The notes under the pieces are model-generated. The model saw only the letters and a list, made by a program, of their open reading frames with translations. It ran no database searches and was not told the DNA's origin. A stretch of DNA of 64,000 bases, taken from assembly GCA_035470905.1 (NCBI GenBank), contig DATIQL010000159.1:693-64692 (forward strand), read 5' to 3'. The position numbers and the translations under genes were made by a program. Each line of letters starts with the position of its first letter. Positions within the stretch are counted from its first letter, which is position 1. The DNA comes from Casimicrobiaceae bacterium. Its GTDB lineage: Bacteria > Pseudomonadota > Gammaproteobacteria > Burkholderiales > Casimicrobiaceae. Positions 62,116-64,000 of the stretch are shown piece by piece.

Positions 62116-63385
62116 GCCACTGGGTCGATTCGGTCGATTCGACCACGCCGTCGGCCACCAGCGCGTCGATCTCCCCGTCGCCATAGCCGTATTCGCGCAG
62201 CAGTTCGCGCGTATGCTCGCCGAGCTGCGGCGCGGGGCGCAGGACCTCGGTCGGGGTGTCCGAGAAGTGGATCGGACAGCCCAGGGATTTCGTCAGGCCG
62301 GCCTGCGGGTGGTCGGTCTCGACGATCATCCCGCGCGCCAGCATTTGCGGATGCTCGACCGCCTCGCCGATCGTGTGCACGGGCCCCACGGGAACGCCTG
62401 CGGCGTCGAAAGCGGCGATCCACTCCGCCCTCGTGCGCGTGGCGAGGATTGCGCTCATCGCGGCGACCAGTTCGCTCCGGTTCGCGATCCGCGTCGAATT
62501 GGTCGCGTAGCGCGGATCGTCGCGCCATTCCGGGTGCCCCAGGACCTCGGCGATCCGCTCCCAGTTCGCCTGGTTCGCGCCGCCGATGTTGAGCCACCCG
62601 TCCGAGGCGGCAAACGCCTGGTAAGGCGCGGTGAGCAGGTGCGCCGAGCCGGTCGGCCCCGGCGATTTCCCCGTGGCGAAATAGATCGCCGCCTGCCAGT
62701 AGGTCTGCTGCAGCGCGGCTTCGGCGAGCGAGGTGTCGACGACCTGCCCCTTCCCCGTCTTCAGCTTGTGCACGTACGCGGCGACGATGCCCAGCGCAGC
62801 GAGGATGCCCGCATTGATGTCGGCGACCGAGCCGCCCTCCTTGACCGGGGGTCCGCCCGGCTCGCCGGTGATCGACATCAGTCCGGCGTAGCCCTGCGCG
62901 ATCAGGTCGAAGCCCCCCTTGTCGGCATCGGGTCCGCTGCGTCCGTAGCCGGAGATCGCGCAGTAGATGAGCCCGGGATTCACCGCCGCAAGCATGTCGT
63001 AGCCCAGCCCCAGCTTCTCGAGCGTTCCGCGCCGGAAATTCTCGGTCAGCACGTCCGCGTCGCGCACCATCCGCAGCAGCACGTCGCGGCCGGAGGGATG
63101 CTTGAGGTTGAGCGCAATGCCGCGCTTGTTGCGGTTCAGCACCAGGAAAGGCGCCGAGACGCCGTTTACCCGCGGCTCGCGATAGCCGCGCGAGTCGTCA
63201 CCTCCGGGCAGCTTCTCGACCTTGATCACGTCGGCGCCCATGTCGGCGAGCAGCATGCCGCAGGTCGGTCCGGCCATGATCTGCGCGAGCTCGAGCACGC
63301 GGACCCCGGCCAGCGGACCGGGATGCCGCCCGTGCATGGAATCCGACGGCGCCGGCGCTGCGGCAGTGCGACCGGCTCCGGCCAT
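62078..63385 (-). CDS. CaiB/BaiF family (class III) CoA-transferase
   Basis: GVRVLELAQIMAGPTCGMLLADMGADVIKVE...D (catalytic Asp region GFDLIAQ). The start overlaps the upstream stop (TGATG). An alternative start is at 63337. Confidence 0.85.
   Translation of the reverse strand: MAGAGRTAAAPAPSDSMHGRHPGPLAGVRVLELAQIMAGPTCGMLLADMGADVIKVEKLPGGDDSRGYREPRVNGVSAPFLVLNRNKRGIALNLKHPSGRDVLLRMVRDADVLTENFRRGTLEKLGLGYDMLAAVNPGLIYCAISGYGRSGPDADKGGFDLIAQGYAGLMSITGEPGGPPVKEGGSVADINAGILAALGIVAAYVHKLKTGKGQVVDTSLAEAALQQTYWQAAIYFATGKSPGPTGSAHLLTAPYQAFAASDGWLNIGGANQANWERIAEVLGHPEWRDDPRYATNSTRIANRSELVAAMSAILATRTRAEWIAAFDAAGVPVGPVHTIGEAVEHPQMLARGMIVETDHPQAGLTKSLGCPIHFSDTPTEVLRPAPQLGEHTRELLREYGYGDGEIDALVADGVVESTESTQWPAPSGRRTPAGT
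62124..62141. repeat. 9-bp tandem repeat (GTCGATTCG x2)
   Basis: Read directly from the sequence. It encodes ESTEST in the minus-strand CaiB tail. Confidence 0.9.
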
Positions 63386-64000
63386 CAGCGCCCCGTGAAC
63401 TCGGGCCGGGTCTTGGCGAGAAAGGCTGCGTAGCCGATGCGGAAGTCCTCGGTGTCGAAACAGTCGAAGCATTCGTCCGCTTCGGCCGCCGAGATCGGCA
63501 GCGGATCGGCCAGGCGGCGGGCGAATCTCTTGTGCCAGCGCGCGACCTGCGGTGCGCCTTCGGCGATCCGCGCTGCGGTGGCCGCGGCCTCGGCTGCCAC
63601 CTGATCGTCGGCGACCACGCGCGACACCAGGCCTTTGCGCAATGCTTCGGCAGCGTCGAAGATCCGTCCCTCGAGCAGGATCTCGAGCGCAATGTCGGGG
63701 CCGACCAAGCGCACCAGCGGCGCCATTTCCGCGTAAGCCATGACCAGCCCCAGGTTCTTGATCGGCGCGCCGAAGCGGCTGCCCTCCCCACATAGGCGCA
63801 GGTCGCACAGTGCGGCGATCTCGAGGCCTCCGCCGACGCAGATGCCATGGATCTGTGCGACCAGGGGGATCGGGCAGGCGGCGAGCGCGCGGGCGGTCGC
63901 GTGCATGATGGCGCCATAGGCGCGCGCCTGTTCCTTGTTCGACCGCTCACGGGCGAATTCCCCGATGTCGTTGCCCGGCGAGAACGCGCGCTCGCCTGCG
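63385..64000 (-). CDS. enoyl-CoA hydratase/isomerase family protein (5' end beyond window)
   Basis: PLVAQIHGICVGGGLEIAALCDLRL...G. The ORF is open to the window edge. Confidence 0.8.
   Translation of the reverse strand, partial: AGERAFSPGNDIGEFARERSNKEQARAYGAIMHATARALAACPIPLVAQIHGICVGGGLEIAALCDLRLCGEGSRFGAPIKNLGLVMAYAEMAPLVRLVGPDIALEILLEGRIFDAAEALRKGLVSRVVADDQVAAEAAATAARIAEGAPQVARWHKRFARRLADPLPISAAEADECFDCFDTEDFRIGYAAFLAKTRPEFTGR

Noticed and set aside
1-64000. Integron integrase, transposase, phage or IS elements
   Set aside because: I looked through all six-frame ORFs for tyrosine-recombinase, DDE-transposase or phage structural signatures and found none. The integron call therefore rests on attC sites only, and intI, if present, must lie left of the window.

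Overview
High-GC (roughly two-thirds G+C by eye) proteobacterial chromosome segment. A Bug/TctC binding protein, protealysin and many GFA/GNAT genes suggest Betaproteobacteria/Burkholderiales, but that is inference only. No rRNA, tRNA, CRISPR, transposase or integrase was recognised.

The window splits into two parts.

(1) Positions 1 to about 38.1 kb hold about 60 short accessory genes, almost all on the + strand: 11 intact or near-intact GNATs plus 2 GNAT remnants, 4 VOC/glyoxalase, 3 of the window's 4 GFA genes, 2 RidA, NTF2-like, DinB, SRPBCC, DUF1330, DUF1801 and others.
- Up to about 21.7 kb these genes are separated by imperfect-palindromic repeats bounded by RYYYAAC...GTTRRRY cores. 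I read these as attC sites of an integron gene-cassette array, i.e. a sedentary chromosomal integron or CALIN.
- The first attC sits at nt 24-137, so the array continues off the left edge. Any intI/attI must lie upstream of the window.
- Beyond 21.7 kb the same gene style continues, but attC signals are vestigial.
- The array carries many decayed genes (fragments, frameshifts, truncations), one ORF-less cassette and two reverse-oriented units.

(2) Positions 38.1-64 kb look like core genome:
- a 1281-aa Cache-HAMP-GAF-PAS-GAF-GGDEF(degenerate)-EAL protein
- beta-carbonic anhydrase
- a WtpABC-type oxyanion transporter with an unusual PadR-PBP_like fusion regulator
- an Lhr helicase, dodecin and a CBS protein
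- a protealysin-emfourin-lipoprotein operon, a rhomboid protease and a 2OG oxygenase
- a Prx5-Grx hybrid with a dedicated disulfide reductase
- Bug/TctC, an alpha/beta hydrolase, a CaiB CoA-transferase and a partial enoyl-CoA hydratase

Two unrelated genes carry an in-frame TGA exactly where homologues have Cys. All functional calls come from motif and family recognition by eye; no searches were run.
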